This document shows positions 1 through 14,735 of a stretch of DNA of 64,000 nucleotides, in pieces (within the stretch, counting starts at the first letter, position 1; each line of letters opens with the position of its first letter). Location: the NCBI GenBank assembly GCA_964016885.1, contig OZ024744.1:15438001-15502000 (forward strand), written 5' to 3'. A program made the position numbers and the translations under genes. The notes beneath the pieces were generated by a model. It saw nothing but the letters and a program-made list of their open reading frames with translations, was not told the DNA's origin and did no database searches. This DNA comes from Eledone cirrhosa. Taxonomy: Eukaryota.

Positions 1-1707
1 AAACTCTCTCACATATACACTCTCTCTCTCTCTCTCTCTCTCTCACATACACATTCTCCCACAAAAGTCCACCCATTCCCACAAGTAATGGCAAATGTCT
101 AAAACTCTCTCACATATACACTCTCTCTCTCTCTCACATACACTCTCCCACAAAAGTCCACCCATTCCCACTAGTAATGGCAAATGTCCAAAACTCTCTC
201 ACATATACACTCTCTCTCACATACACACTCTCCCACAAAAGTCCACCCATTCCCACAAGTAATGGCTAATGTCCAAAACTCTCTCACATATACACTCTCT
301 CTCTCTCACATACACACTCTCCCACAAAAGTCCACCCATTCCCACAAGTAATGGCAAATGTCCAAAACTCTCTGACATATACACTCTCTCTCTCTCACAT
401 ACACACTCTCCCACAAAAGTCCACCCATTCCCACAAGTAATGGCAAATATCCGAAACTCTCTCACATATACACTCTCTCTCTCTCACATACACACTCTCC
501 CACAAAAGTCCACCCATTCCCACAAGTAATGGAAAATATCCAAAACTGTCTCACATATACACTCTCTATCACATACACACTCTCCCACAAAAGTCCACCC
601 ATTCCCACAAGTAATGGCAAAAGTCCAAAACTCTCTCACATATACACTCTCTCTCTCTCACATACACACTCTCCCACAAAAGTCCACCCATTCCCACAAG
701 TAATGACAAATGTCCAAAACTCTCTCACATATACACTCTCTCTCTCTCACATACACACTCTCCCACAAAAGTCCACCCATTCCCACAAGTAATGGCAAAT
801 GTCCAAAACTCTCTCACATATACACTCTCTCTCTCTCACATACACACTCTCCCACAAAAGTCCACCCATTCCCACAAGTAATGGCAAATGTCCAATACTC
901 TCTCACATATACACTCTCTCTCTCTCACATACACACTCTCCCACAAAAGTCCACCCATTCCCACAAGTAATGGCAAATGTCCAAAACTCTCTCACATATA
1001 CACTCTCTCTCTCTCTCACATACACACTCTCCCACAAAAGTCCACCCATTCCCACAAATAATGGCAAATGTCCAAAACTCTCTCACATATACACTCTCTC
1101 TCCCTCTCACATACACACTCTCCCACAAAAGTCCACCCATTCCCACAAGTAATGGCAAATATCCAAAACTCTCACATATACACTCTCTCTCTCTCTCACA
1201 TACACACTCTCCCACAAAAGTCCACCCATTCCCACAAGTAATGGAAAATGTCCAAAACTGTCTCACATATACACTCTCTCTCACATACACACTCTCCCAC
1301 AAAAGTCCACCCATTCCCACAAGTAATGGCAAAAGTCCAAAACTCTCTCACATATACACTCTCTCTCTCTCTCTCACATACACACTCTCCCACAAAAGTC
1401 CACCCATTCTCACAAGTAATGGCAAATGTCCAAAACTCTCTCACATACACACTCTCCCACAAAAGTCCACCCATTCCCACAAGTAATGGCAAATGTCCAA
1501 AACTCTCTCACATATACACTCTCTCTCTCTCTCTCTCTCTCACATACACACTCTCCCACAAAAGTCCACGCATTCCCACAAGTAATGGCAAATGTCCAAA
1601 ACTCTCTCACATATACACTCTCTCTCTCTCACATACACACTCTCACACAAAAGTCCACCCATTCCAACAAGTAATGGCAAATGTCCAAAACTCTCTCACA
1701 TATACAC

Positions 1708-1743
<36 letters not shown>

Positions 1744-4700
1744 ACACATACACACTCTCCCACAAAAGTCCACCCATTCCCACAAGTAATGGCAAATGTC
1801 CAAAACTCTCACACATATACACTCTCTCTCTCTCACATACACACTCTCCCACAAAAGTCCACCCATTCCCACTAGTAATGGCAAATGTCCAAAACTCTCT
1901 CACATATACACTCTCTCTCACATACACACTCTCCCACAAAAGTCCACCCATTCCCACAATTAATGGCAAATGTCCAAAACTCTCTCACATATACACTCTC
2001 TCTCTCTCACATACACACTCTCCCACAAAAGTCCACCCATTCCCACAAGTAATGGCAAATGTCCAAAACTCCCTCACATATACACTCTCTCTCTCTCTCA
2101 CATACACACTCTCCCACAAAAGTCCACCCATTCCCACAAGTAATGGCAAATGTCCAAAACTCTCTCACATACACACTCTCCCACAAAAGTCCACCCATTC
2201 CCACAAGTAATGTCAAATGTCCAAAACTCTCTCACATATACACTATCTCTCTCTCACATACACACTCTCCCACAAAAGTCCACCCATTCCCACTAGTAAT
2301 GGCAAATGTCCAAAACTCTCTCACATATACACTCTCTCTCACATACACACTCTCCCACAAAAGTCCACCCATTCCCACAAGTAATGGCAAATGTCCAAAA
2401 CTCTCTCACATATACACTCTCTCTCTCTCACAAAAGTCCACCGATTCCCACAAGTAATGGCAAATGTCCAAAACTCTCTCACATATACAATCTCTCTCTC
2501 TCTCACATACACACTCTCCCACAAAAGTCCACCCATTCCCACAAGTAATGGCAAATGTCCAAAATTCTCTCACATACACACTCTCCCACAAAAGTCCACC
2601 CATTCCCACAAGTAGTGGCAAATGTCCAAAACTCTCTCACATCTACACTCTCTCTCTCTCTCACATACACACTCTCCCACAAAAGTCCACCCATTCTCAC
2701 AAGTAATGGCAAATGTTCAAAACTCTCTCACATATACACTCTCTCTCTCTCTCACATACACACTCTCCCACAAAAGTCCACCCATTCCCACAAGTAATGG
2801 CAAATGTCCAAAACTCTCTCACATATACACTCTCTCTCTCTCTCACATACACACTCTCCCACAAAAGTCCACCCATTCCCACAAGTAATGGCAAATGTCC
2901 AAAACTCTCTCACATATACACTCTGTCTCTCTCACATACACACTCTCCCACAAAAGTCCACCCATTCCAACAAGTAATGGCAAATGTCCAAAACTCTCTC
3001 ACATATACACTCTCTCTCTCTCTCTCTCTCACATACACATTCTCCCACAAAAGTCCACCCATTCCCACAAGTAATGGCAAATGTCTAAAACTCTCTCACA
3101 TATACACTCTCTCTCTCTCACATACACTCTCCCACAAAAGTCCAGCCATTCCCACTAGTAATGGCAAATGTCCAAAACTCTCTCACATATACACTCTCTC
3201 TCACATACACACTCTCCCACAAAAGTCCACCCATTCCCACAAGTAATGGCAAATGTCCAAAACTCTCTCACATATACACTCTCTCTCTCTCACATACACA
3301 CTCTCCCACAAAAGTCCACCCATTCCCACAAGTAATGGCAAATGTCCAAAACTCTCTCACATATACACTCTCTCTCTCTCTCACATACACACTCTCCCAC
3401 AAAAGTCCACCCATTCCCACAAGTAATGGCAAATGTCCAAAACTCTCTCACATACACACTCTCCCACAAAAGTCCACCCATTCCCACAAGTAGTGGCAAA
3501 TGTCCAAAATTCTCTCACATATACACTCTCTCTCTCTCACATACACACTCTCCCACAAAAGTCCACCCATTCCCACAAGTAATGGCAAATGTCCAAAACT
3601 CTCTCACATATAAACTCTCTCTCTCTCACATACACACTCTCCCACAAAAGTCCACCCATTCCCACAAGTAATGGCAAATGTCCAAAACTCTCTCACATAT
3701 ACACTCTCTCTCTCTCACATACACACTCTCCCACAAAAGTCCACCCATTCCCACAATTAATGGCAAATGTCCAAAACTCTCTCACATATACACTCTCTCT
3801 CCCTCTCACATACACACTCTCCCACAAAAGTCCACCCATTCCCACAAGTAATGGCAAATGTCCAAAACTCTCTCACATATACACTCTCTCTCTCTCTCAC
3901 ATACACACTCTCCCACAAAAGTCCACCCATTCCCACAAGTAATGGCAAATGTCCAAAACTCTCTCACATATACACTCTCTCTCTCTCACATACACACTCT
4001 CCCACAAAAGTCCACCCATTCCCACTAGTAATGGCAAATGTCCAAAACTCTCTCACATATACACTCTCTCTCTCTCTCACATACACACTCTCCCACAAAA
4101 GTCCACCCATTCCCACTAGTAATGGCAAATGTCCAAAACTCTCTCACATACACACTCTCCCACAAAAGTCCACCCATTCCCACAAGTAATGGCAAATATC
4201 CAAAACTCTCTCACATATACACTCTCTCTCTCTCACATACACACTCTCCCACAAAAGTCCACCCATTCCCACAAGTAATGACAAATGTCCAAAACTCTCT
4301 CACATATACACTCTCTCTCTCTCACATACACACTCTCCCACAAAAGTCCACCCATTCCCACAAGTAATGGCAAATGTCCAAAACTCTCTCACATACACAC
4401 TCTCCCACAAAAGTCCACCCATTCCCACAAGTAGTGGCAAATGTCCAAAACTCTCTCACATATACACTCTCTCACATACACACTCTCCCACAAAAGTCCA
4501 CCCATTCCCACAAGTAATGGCAAATGTCCAAAACTCTCTCACATATACACTCTCTCTCTCTCTCACATACACACTCTCCCACAAAAGTCCACCCATTCCC
4601 ACAAGTAATGGCAAATGTCCAAAACTCTCTCACATATACACTCTCTCTCTCTCACATACACACTCTCCCACAAAAGTCCACCCATTCCCACAAGTAATGG

Positions 4701-5087
4701 CAAATGTCCAAAACTCTCTCACATATACACTCTCTCTCTCTCTCTCACATACACACTCTCCCACAAAAGTCCACCCATTCCCACAAGTAATGGCAAGTGT
4801 CCAAAACTCTCTCACATATACACTCTCTCTCTCTCACATACACACTCTCCCACAAAAGTCCACCCATTCCCACAAGTAATGGCAAATATCCAAAACTCTC
4901 TCACATATACACTCTCTCTCTCTCACATACACACTCTCCCACAAAAGTCCACCCATTCCCACAAGTAATGGCAAATGTCCAAAACTCTCTCACATATACA
5001 CTCTCTCTCTCTCACATACACACTCTCACACAAAAGTCCACCCATTCCAACAAGTAATGGCAAATGTCCAAAACTCTCTCACATATA

Positions 5088-5089
<2 letters not shown>

Positions 5090-5139
<50 letters not shown>
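5090..5139 (+). repeat. (CT)25 microsatellite expansion within a 127-bp monomer
   Basis: 50 bp of pure CT. The monomer spans 5064 to 5191. Confidence 0.95.
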
Positions 5140-5143
<4 letters not shown>

Positions 5144-8100
5144 TACACACTCTCCCACAAAAGTCCACGCATTCCCACAAGTAATGGCAAATGTCCAAAA
5201 CTCTCTCACATATACACTCTCTCTCTCTCACATACACACTCTCACACAAAAGTCCACGCATTCCCACAAGTAATGGCAAATATCCAAAACTCTCACATAT
5301 ACACTCTCTCTCTCACACACATACACACTCTCCCACAAAAGTCCACCCATTCCCACAAGTAATGGCAAATGTCCAAAACTCTCACACATATACACTCTCT
5401 CTCTCTCACATACACACTCTCCCACAAAAGTCCACCCATTCCCACTAGTAATGGCAAATGTCCAAAACTCTCTCACATATACACTCTCTCTCACATACAC
5501 ACTCTCCCACAAAAGTCCACCCATTCCCACAATTAATGGCAAATGTCCAAAACTCTCTCACATATACACTCTCTCTCTCTCTCACATACACACTCTCCCA
5601 CAAAAGTCCACCCATTCCCACAAGTAATGGCAAATGTCCAAAACTCTCTCACATATACACTCTCTCTCTCACATACACACTCTCCCACAAAAGTCCACCC
5701 ATTCCCACAAGTAATGGCAAATGTCCAAAACTCTCTCACATATACACTATCTCTCTCTCACATACACACTCTCCCACAAAAGTCCACCCATTCCCACTAG
5801 TAATGGCAAATGTCCAAAACTCTCTCACATATACACTCTCTCTCACATACACACTCTCCCACAAAAGTCCACCCATTCCCACAAGTAATGGCAAATGTCC
5901 AAAACTCTCTCACATATACACTCTCTCTCTCTCACAAAAGTCCACCGATTCCCACAAGTAATGGCAAATGTCCAAGACTCTCTCACATATACAATCTCTC
6001 TCTCTCTCACATACACACTCTCCCACAAAAGTCCACCCATTCCCACAAGTAATGGCAAATGTCCAAAACTCTCTCACATACACACTCTCCCACAAAAGTC
6101 CACCCATTCTCACAAGTAGTGGCAAATGTCCAAAACTCTCTCACATCTACACTCTCTCTCTCTCTCACATACACACTCTCCCACAAAAGTCCACCCATTC
6201 TCACAAGTAATGGCAAATGTTCAAAACTCTCTCACATATACACTCTCTCTCTCTCTCACATACACACTCTCCCACAAAAGTCCACCCATTCCCACAAGTA
6301 ATGGCAAATGTCCAAAACTCTCTCACATATACACTCTCTCTCTCTCTCACATACACACTCTCCCACAAAAGTCCACCCATTCCCACAAGTAATGGCAAAT
6401 GTCCAAAACTCTCTCACATATACACTCTCTCTCTCTCACATACACACTCTCCCACAAAAGTCCACCCATTCCAACAAGTAATGGCAAATGTCCAAAACTC
6501 TCTCACATATACACTCTCTCTCTCTCTCTCTCTCTCTCTCACATACACATTCTCCCACAAAAGTCCACCCATTCCCACAAGTAATGGCAAATGTCTAAAA
6601 CTCTCTCACATATACACTCTCTCTCTCTCTCACATACACTCTCCCACAAAAGTCCACCCATTCCCACTAGTAATGGCAAATGTCCAAAACTCTCTCACAT
6701 ATACACTCTCTCTCACATACACACTCTCCCACAAAAGTCCACCCATTCCCACAAGTAATGGCTAATGTCCAAAACTCTCTCACATATACACTCTCTCTCT
6801 CTCACATACACACTCTCCCACAAAAGTCCACCCATTCCCACAAGTAATGGCAAATGTCCAAAACTCTCTGACATATACACTCTCTCTCTCTCACATACAC
6901 ACTCTCCCACAAAAGTCCACCCATTCCCACAAGTAATGGCAAATATCCAAAACTCTCTCACATATACACTCTCTCTCTCTCACATACACACTCTCCCACA
7001 AAAGTCCACCCATTCCCACAAGTAATGGAAAATATCCAAAACTGTCTCACATATACACTCTCTATCACATACACACTCTCCCACAAAAGTCCACCCATTC
7101 CCACAAGTAATGGCAAAAGTCCAAAACTCTCTCACATATACACTCTCTCTCTCTCACATACACACTCTCCCACAAAAGTCCACCCATTCCCACAAGTAAT
7201 GACAAATGTCCAAAACTCTCTCACATATACACTCTCTCTCTCTCACATACACACTCTCCCACAAAAGTCCACCCATTCCCACAAGTAATGGCAAATGTCC
7301 AAAACTCTCTCACATATACACTCTCTCTCTCTCACATACACACTCTCCCACAAAAGTCCACCCATTCCCACAAGTAATGGCAAATGTCCAATACTCTCTC
7401 ACATATACACTCTCTCTCTCTCACATACACACTCTCCCACAAAAGTCCACCCATTCCCACAAGTAATGGCAAATGTCCAAAACTCTCTCACATATACACT
7501 CTCTCTCTCTCTCACATACACACTCTCCCACAAAAGTCCACCCATTCCCACAAATAATGGCAAATGTCCAAAACTCTCTCACATATACACTCTCTCTCCC
7601 TCTCACATACACACTCTCCCACAAAAGTCCACCCATTCCCACAAGTAATGGCAAATATCCAAAACTCTCACATATACACTCTCTCTCTCTCTCACATACA
7701 CACTCTCCCACAAAAGTCCACCCATTCCCACAAGTAATGGAAAATGTCCAAAACTGTCTCACATATACACTCTCTCTCACATACACACTCTCCCACAAAA
7801 GTCCACCCATTCCCACAAGTAATGGCAAAAGTCCAAAACTCTCTCACATATACACTCTCTCTCTCTCTCTCACATACACACTCTCCCACAAAAGTCCACC
7901 CATTCTCACAAGTAATGGCAAATGTCCAAAACTCTCTCACATACACACTCTCCCACAAAAGTCCACCCATTCCCACAAGTAATGGCAAATGTCCAAAACT
8001 CTCTCACATATACACTCTCTCTCTCTCTCTCTCTCTCACATACACACTCTCCCACAAAAGTCCACGCATTCCCACAAGTAATGGCAAATGTCCAAAACTC

Positions 8101-8203
8101 TCTCACATATACACTCTCTCTCTCTCACATACACACTCTCACACAAAAGTCCACCCATTCCAACAAGTAATGGCAAATGTCCAAAACTCTCTCACATATA
8201 CAC

Positions 8204-8239
<36 letters not shown>

Positions 8240-11200
8240 ACACATACACACTCTCCCACAAAAGTCCACCCATTCCCACAAGTAATGGCAAATGTCCAAA
8301 ACTCTCACACATATACACTCTCTCTCTCTCACATACACACTCTCCCACAAAAGTCCACCCATTCCCACTAGTAATGGCAAATGTCCAAAACTCTCTCACA
8401 TATACACTCTCTCTCACATACACACTCTCCCACAAAAGTCCACCCATTCCCACAATTAATGGCAAATGTCCAAAACTCTCTCACATATACACTCTCTCTC
8501 TCTCACATACACACTCTCCCACAAAAGTCCACCCATTCCCACAAGTAATGGCAAATGTCCAAAACTCCCTCACATATACACTCTCTCTCTCTCTCACATA
8601 CACACTCTCCCACAAAAGTCCACCCATTCCCACAAGTAATGGCAAATGTCCAAAACTCTCTCACATACACACTCTCCCACAAAAGTCCACCCATTCCCAC
8701 AAGTAATGTCAAATGTCCAAAACTCTCTCACATATACACTATCTCTCTCTCACATACACACTCTCCCACAAAAGTCCACCCATTCCCACTAGTAATGGCA
8801 AATGTCCAAAACTCTCTCACATATACACTCTCTCTCACATACACACTCTCCCACAAAAGTCCACCCATTCCCACAAGTAATGGCAAATGTCCAAAACTCT
8901 CTCACATATACACTCTCTCTCTCTCACAAAAGTCCACCGATTCCCACAAGTAATGGCAAATGTCCAAAACTCTCTCACATATACAATCTCTCTCTCTCTC
9001 ACATACACACTCTCCCACAAAAGTCCACCCATTCCCACAAGTAATGGCAAATGTCCAAAATTCTCTCACATACACACTCTCCCACAAAAGTCCACCCATT
9101 CCCACAAGTAGTGGCAAATGTCCAAAACTCTCTCACATCTACACTCTCTCTCTCTCTCACATACACACTCTCCCACAAAAGTCCACCCATTCTCACAAGT
9201 AATGGCAAATGTTCAAAACTCTCTCACATATACACTCTCTCTCTCTCTCACATACACACTCTCCCACAAAAGTCCACCCATTCCCACAAGTAATGGCAAA
9301 TGTCCAAAACTCTCTCACATATACACTCTCTCTCTCTCTCACATACACACTCTCCCACAAAAGTCCACCCATTCCCACAAGTAATGGCAAATGTCCAAAA
9401 CTCTCTCACATATACACTCTGTCTCTCTCACATACACACTCTCCCACAAAAGTCCACCCATTCCAACAAGTAATGGCAAATGTCCAAAACTCTCTCACAT
9501 ATACACTCTCTCTCTCTCTCTCTCTCACATACACATTCTCCCACAAAAGTCCACCCATTCCCACAAGTAATGGCAAATGTCTAAAACTCTCTCACATATA
9601 CACTCTCTCTCTCTCACATACACTCTCCCACAAAAGTCCAGCCATTCCCACTAGTAATGGCAAATGTCCAAAACTCTCTCACATATACACTCTCTCTCAC
9701 ATACACACTCTCCCACAAAAGTCCACCCATTCCCACAAGTAATGGCAAATGTCCAAAACTCTCTCACATATACACTCTCTCTCTCTCACATACACACTCT
9801 CCCACAAAAGTCCACCCATTCCCACAAGTAATGGCAAATGTCCAAAACTCTCTCACATATACACTCTCTCTCTCTCTCACATACACACTCTCCCACAAAA
9901 GTCCACCCATTCCCACAAGTAATGGCAAATGTCCAAAACTCTCTCACATACACACTCTCCCACAAAAGTCCACCCATTCCCACAAGTAGTGGCAAATGTC
10001 CAAAATTCTCTCACATATACACTCTCTCTCTCTCACATACACACTCTCCCACAAAAGTCCACCCATTCCCACAAGTAATGGCAAATGTCCAAAACTCTCT
10101 CACATATAAACTCTCTCTCTCTCACATACACACTCTCCCACAAAAGTCCACCCATTCCCACAAGTAATGGCAAATGTCCAAAACTCTCTCACATATACAC
10201 TCTCTCTCTCTCACATACACACTCTCCCACAAAAGTCCACCCATTCCCACAATTAATGGCAAATGTCCAAAACTCTCTCACATATACACTCTCTCTCCCT
10301 CTCACATACACACTCTCCCACAAAAGTCCACCCATTCCCACAAGTAATGGCAAATGTCCAAAACTCTCTCACATATACACTCTCTCTCTCTCTCACATAC
10401 ACACTCTCCCACAAAAGTCCACCCATTCCCACAAGTAATGGCAAATGTCCAAAACTCTCTCACATATACACTCTCTCTCTCTCACATACACACTCTCCCA
10501 CAAAAGTCCACCCATTCCCACTAGTAATGGCAAATGTCCAAAACTCTCTCACATATACACTCTCTCTCTCTCTCACATACACACTCTCCCACAAAAGTCC
10601 ACCCATTCCCACTAGTAATGGCAAATGTCCAAAACTCTCTCACATACACACTCTCCCACAAAAGTCCACCCATTCCCACAAGTAATGGCAAATATCCAAA
10701 ACTCTCTCACATATACACTCTCTCTCTCTCACATACACACTCTCCCACAAAAGTCCACCCATTCCCACAAGTAATGACAAATGTCCAAAACTCTCTCACA
10801 TATACACTCTCTCTCTCTCACATACACACTCTCCCACAAAAGTCCACCCATTCCCACAAGTAATGGCAAATGTCCAAAACTCTCTCACATACACACTCTC
10901 CCACAAAAGTCCACCCATTCCCACAAGTAGTGGCAAATGTCCAAAACTCTCTCACATATACACTCTCTCACATACACACTCTCCCACAAAAGTCCACCCA
11001 TTCCCACAAGTAATGGCAAATGTCCAAAACTCTCTCACATATACACTCTCTCTCTCTCTCACATACACACTCTCCCACAAAAGTCCACCCATTCCCACAA
11101 GTAATGGCAAATGTCCAAAACTCTCTCACATATACACTCTCTCTCTCTCACATACACACTCTCCCACAAAAGTCCACCCATTCCCACAAGTAATGGCAAA

Positions 11201-11583
11201 TGTCCAAAACTCTCTCACATATACACTCTCTCTCTCTCTCTCACATACACACTCTCCCACAAAAGTCCACCCATTCCCACAAGTAATGGCAAGTGTCCAA
11301 AACTCTCTCACATATACACTCTCTCTCTCTCACATACACACTCTCCCACAAAAGTCCACCCATTCCCACAAGTAATGGCAAATATCCAAAACTCTCTCAC
11401 ATATACACTCTCTCTCTCTCACATACACACTCTCCCACAAAAGTCCACCCATTCCCACAAGTAATGGCAAATGTCCAAAACTCTCTCACATATACACTCT
11501 CTCTCTCTCACATACACACTCTCACACAAAAGTCCACCCATTCCAACAAGTAATGGCAAATGTCCAAAACTCTCTCACATATA

Positions 11584-11585
<2 letters not shown>

Positions 11586-11635
<50 letters not shown>
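11586..11635 (+). repeat. (CT)25 microsatellite expansion, 6496-bp copy of the tract at 5090
   Basis: Same length and same flanking variants at +6496. Confidence 0.95.
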
Positions 11636-11639
<4 letters not shown>

Positions 11640-14600
11640 TACACACTCTCCCACAAAAGTCCACGCATTCCCACAAGTAATGGCAAATGTCCAAAACTCT
11701 CTCACATATACACTCTCTCTCTCTCACATACACACTCTCACACAAAAGTCCACGCATTCCCACAAGTAATGGCAAATATCCAAAACTCTCACATATACAC
11801 TCTCTCTCTCACACACATACACACTCTCCCACAAAAGTCCACCCATTCCCACAAGTAATGGCAAATGTCCAAAACTCTCACACATATACACTCTCTCTCT
11901 CTCACATACACACTCTCCCACAAAAGTCCACCCATTCCCACTAGTAATGGCAAATGTCCAAAACTCTCTCACATATACACTCTCTCTCACATACACACTC
12001 TCCCACAAAAGTCCACCCATTCCCACAATTAATGGCAAATGTCCAAAACTCTCTCACATATACACTCTCTCTCTCTCTCACATACACACTCTCCCACAAA
12101 AGTCCACCCATTCCCACAAGTAATGGCAAATGTCCAAAACTCTCTCACATATACACTCTCTCTCTCACATACACACTCTCCCACAAAAGTCCACCCATTC
12201 CCACAAGTAATGGCAAATGTCCAAAACTCTCTCACATATACACTATCTCTCTCTCACATACACACTCTCCCACAAAAGTCCACCCATTCCCACTAGTAAT
12301 GGCAAATGTCCAAAACTCTCTCACATATACACTCTCTCTCACATACACACTCTCCCACAAAAGTCCACCCATTCCCACAAGTAATGGCAAATGTCCAAAA
12401 CTCTCTCACATATACACTCTCTCTCTCTCACAAAAGTCCACCGATTCCCACAAGTAATGGCAAATGTCCAAGACTCTCTCACATATACAATCTCTCTCTC
12501 TCTCACATACACACTCTCCCACAAAAGTCCACCCATTCCCACAAGTAATGGCAAATGTCCAAAACTCTCTCACATACACACTCTCCCACAAAAGTCCACC
12601 CATTCTCACAAGTAGTGGCAAATGTCCAAAACTCTCTCACATCTACACTCTCTCTCTCTCTCACATACACACTCTCCCACAAAAGTCCACCCATTCTCAC
12701 AAGTAATGGCAAATGTTCAAAACTCTCTCACATATACACTCTCTCTCTCTCTCACATACACACTCTCCCACAAAAGTCCACCCATTCCCACAAGTAATGG
12801 CAAATGTCCAAAACTCTCTCACATATACACTCTCTCTCTCTCTCACATACACACTCTCCCACAAAAGTCCACCCATTCCCACAAGTAATGGCAAATGTCC
12901 AAAACTCTCTCACATATACACTCTCTCTCTCTCACATACACACTCTCCCACAAAAGTCCACCCATTCCAACAAGTAATGGCAAATGTCCAAAACTCTCTC
13001 ACATATACACTCTCTCTCTCTCTCTCTCTCTCTCTCACATACACATTCTCCCACAAAAGTCCACCCATTCCCACAAGTAATGGCAAATGTCTAAAACTCT
13101 CTCACATATACACTCTCTCTCTCTCTCACATACACTCTCCCACAAAAGTCCACCCATTCCCACTAGTAATGGCAAATGTCCAAAACTCTCTCACATATAC
13201 ACTCTCTCTCACATACACACTCTCCCACAAAAGTCCACCCATTCCCACAAGTAATGGCTAATGTCCAAAACTCTCTCACATATACACTCTCTCTCTCTCA
13301 CATACACACTCTCCCACAAAAGTCCACCCATTCCCACAAGTAATGGCAAATGTCCAAAACTCTCTGACATATACACTCTCTCTCTCTCACATACACACTC
13401 TCCCACAAAAGTCCACCCATTCCCACAAGTAATGGCAAATATCCAAAACTCTCTCACATATACACTCTCTCTCTCTCACATACACACTCTCCCACAAAAG
13501 TCCACCCATTCCCACAAGTAATGGAAAATATCCAAAACTGTCTCACATATACACTCTCTATCACATACACACTCTCCCACAAAAGTCCACCCATTCCCAC
13601 AAGTAATGGCAAAAGTCCAAAACTCTCTCACATATACACTCTCTCTCTCTCACATACACACTCTCCCACAAAAGTCCACCCATTCCCACAAGTAATGACA
13701 AATGTCCAAAACTCTCTCACATATACACTCTCTCTCTCTCACATACACACTCTCCCACAAAAGTCCACCCATTCCCACAAGTAATGGCAAATGTCCAAAA
13801 CTCTCTCACATATACACTCTCTCTCTCTCACATACACACTCTCCCACAAAAGTCCACCCATTCCCACAAGTAATGGCAAATGTCCAATACTCTCTCACAT
13901 ATACACTCTCTCTCTCTCACATACACACTCTCCCACAAAAGTCCACCCATTCCCACAAGTAATGGCAAATGTCCAAAACTCTCTCACATATACACTCTCT
14001 CTCTCTCTCACATACACACTCTCCCACAAAAGTCCACCCATTCCCACAAATAATGGCAAATGTCCAAAACTCTCTCACATATACACTCTCTCTCCCTCTC
14101 ACATACACACTCTCCCACAAAAGTCCACCCATTCCCACAAGTAATGGCAAATATCCAAAACTCTCACATATACACTCTCTCTCTCTCTCACATACACACT
14201 CTCCCACAAAAGTCCACCCATTCCCACAAGTAATGGAAAATGTCCAAAACTGTCTCACATATAAACTCTCTCTCACATACACACTCTCCCACAAAAGTCC
14301 ACCCATTCCCACAAGTAATGGCAAAAGTCCAAAACTCTCTCACATATACACTCTCTCTCTCTCTCTCACATACACACTCTCCCACAAAAGTCCACCCATT
14401 CTCACAAGTAATGGCAAATGTCCAAAACTCTCTCACATACACACTCTCCCACAAAAGTCCACCCATTCCCACAAGTAATGGCAAATGTCCAAAACTCTCT
14501 CACATATACACTCTCTCTCTCTCTCTCTCTCTCACATACACACTCTCCCACAAAAGTCCACGCATTCCCACAAGTAATGGCAAATGTCCAAAACTCTCTC

Positions 14601-14699
14601 ACATATACACTCTCTCTCTCTCACATACACACTCTCACACAAAAGTCCACCCATTCCAACAAGTAATGGCAAATGTCCAAAACTCTCTCACATATACAC

Positions 14700-14735
<36 letters not shown>

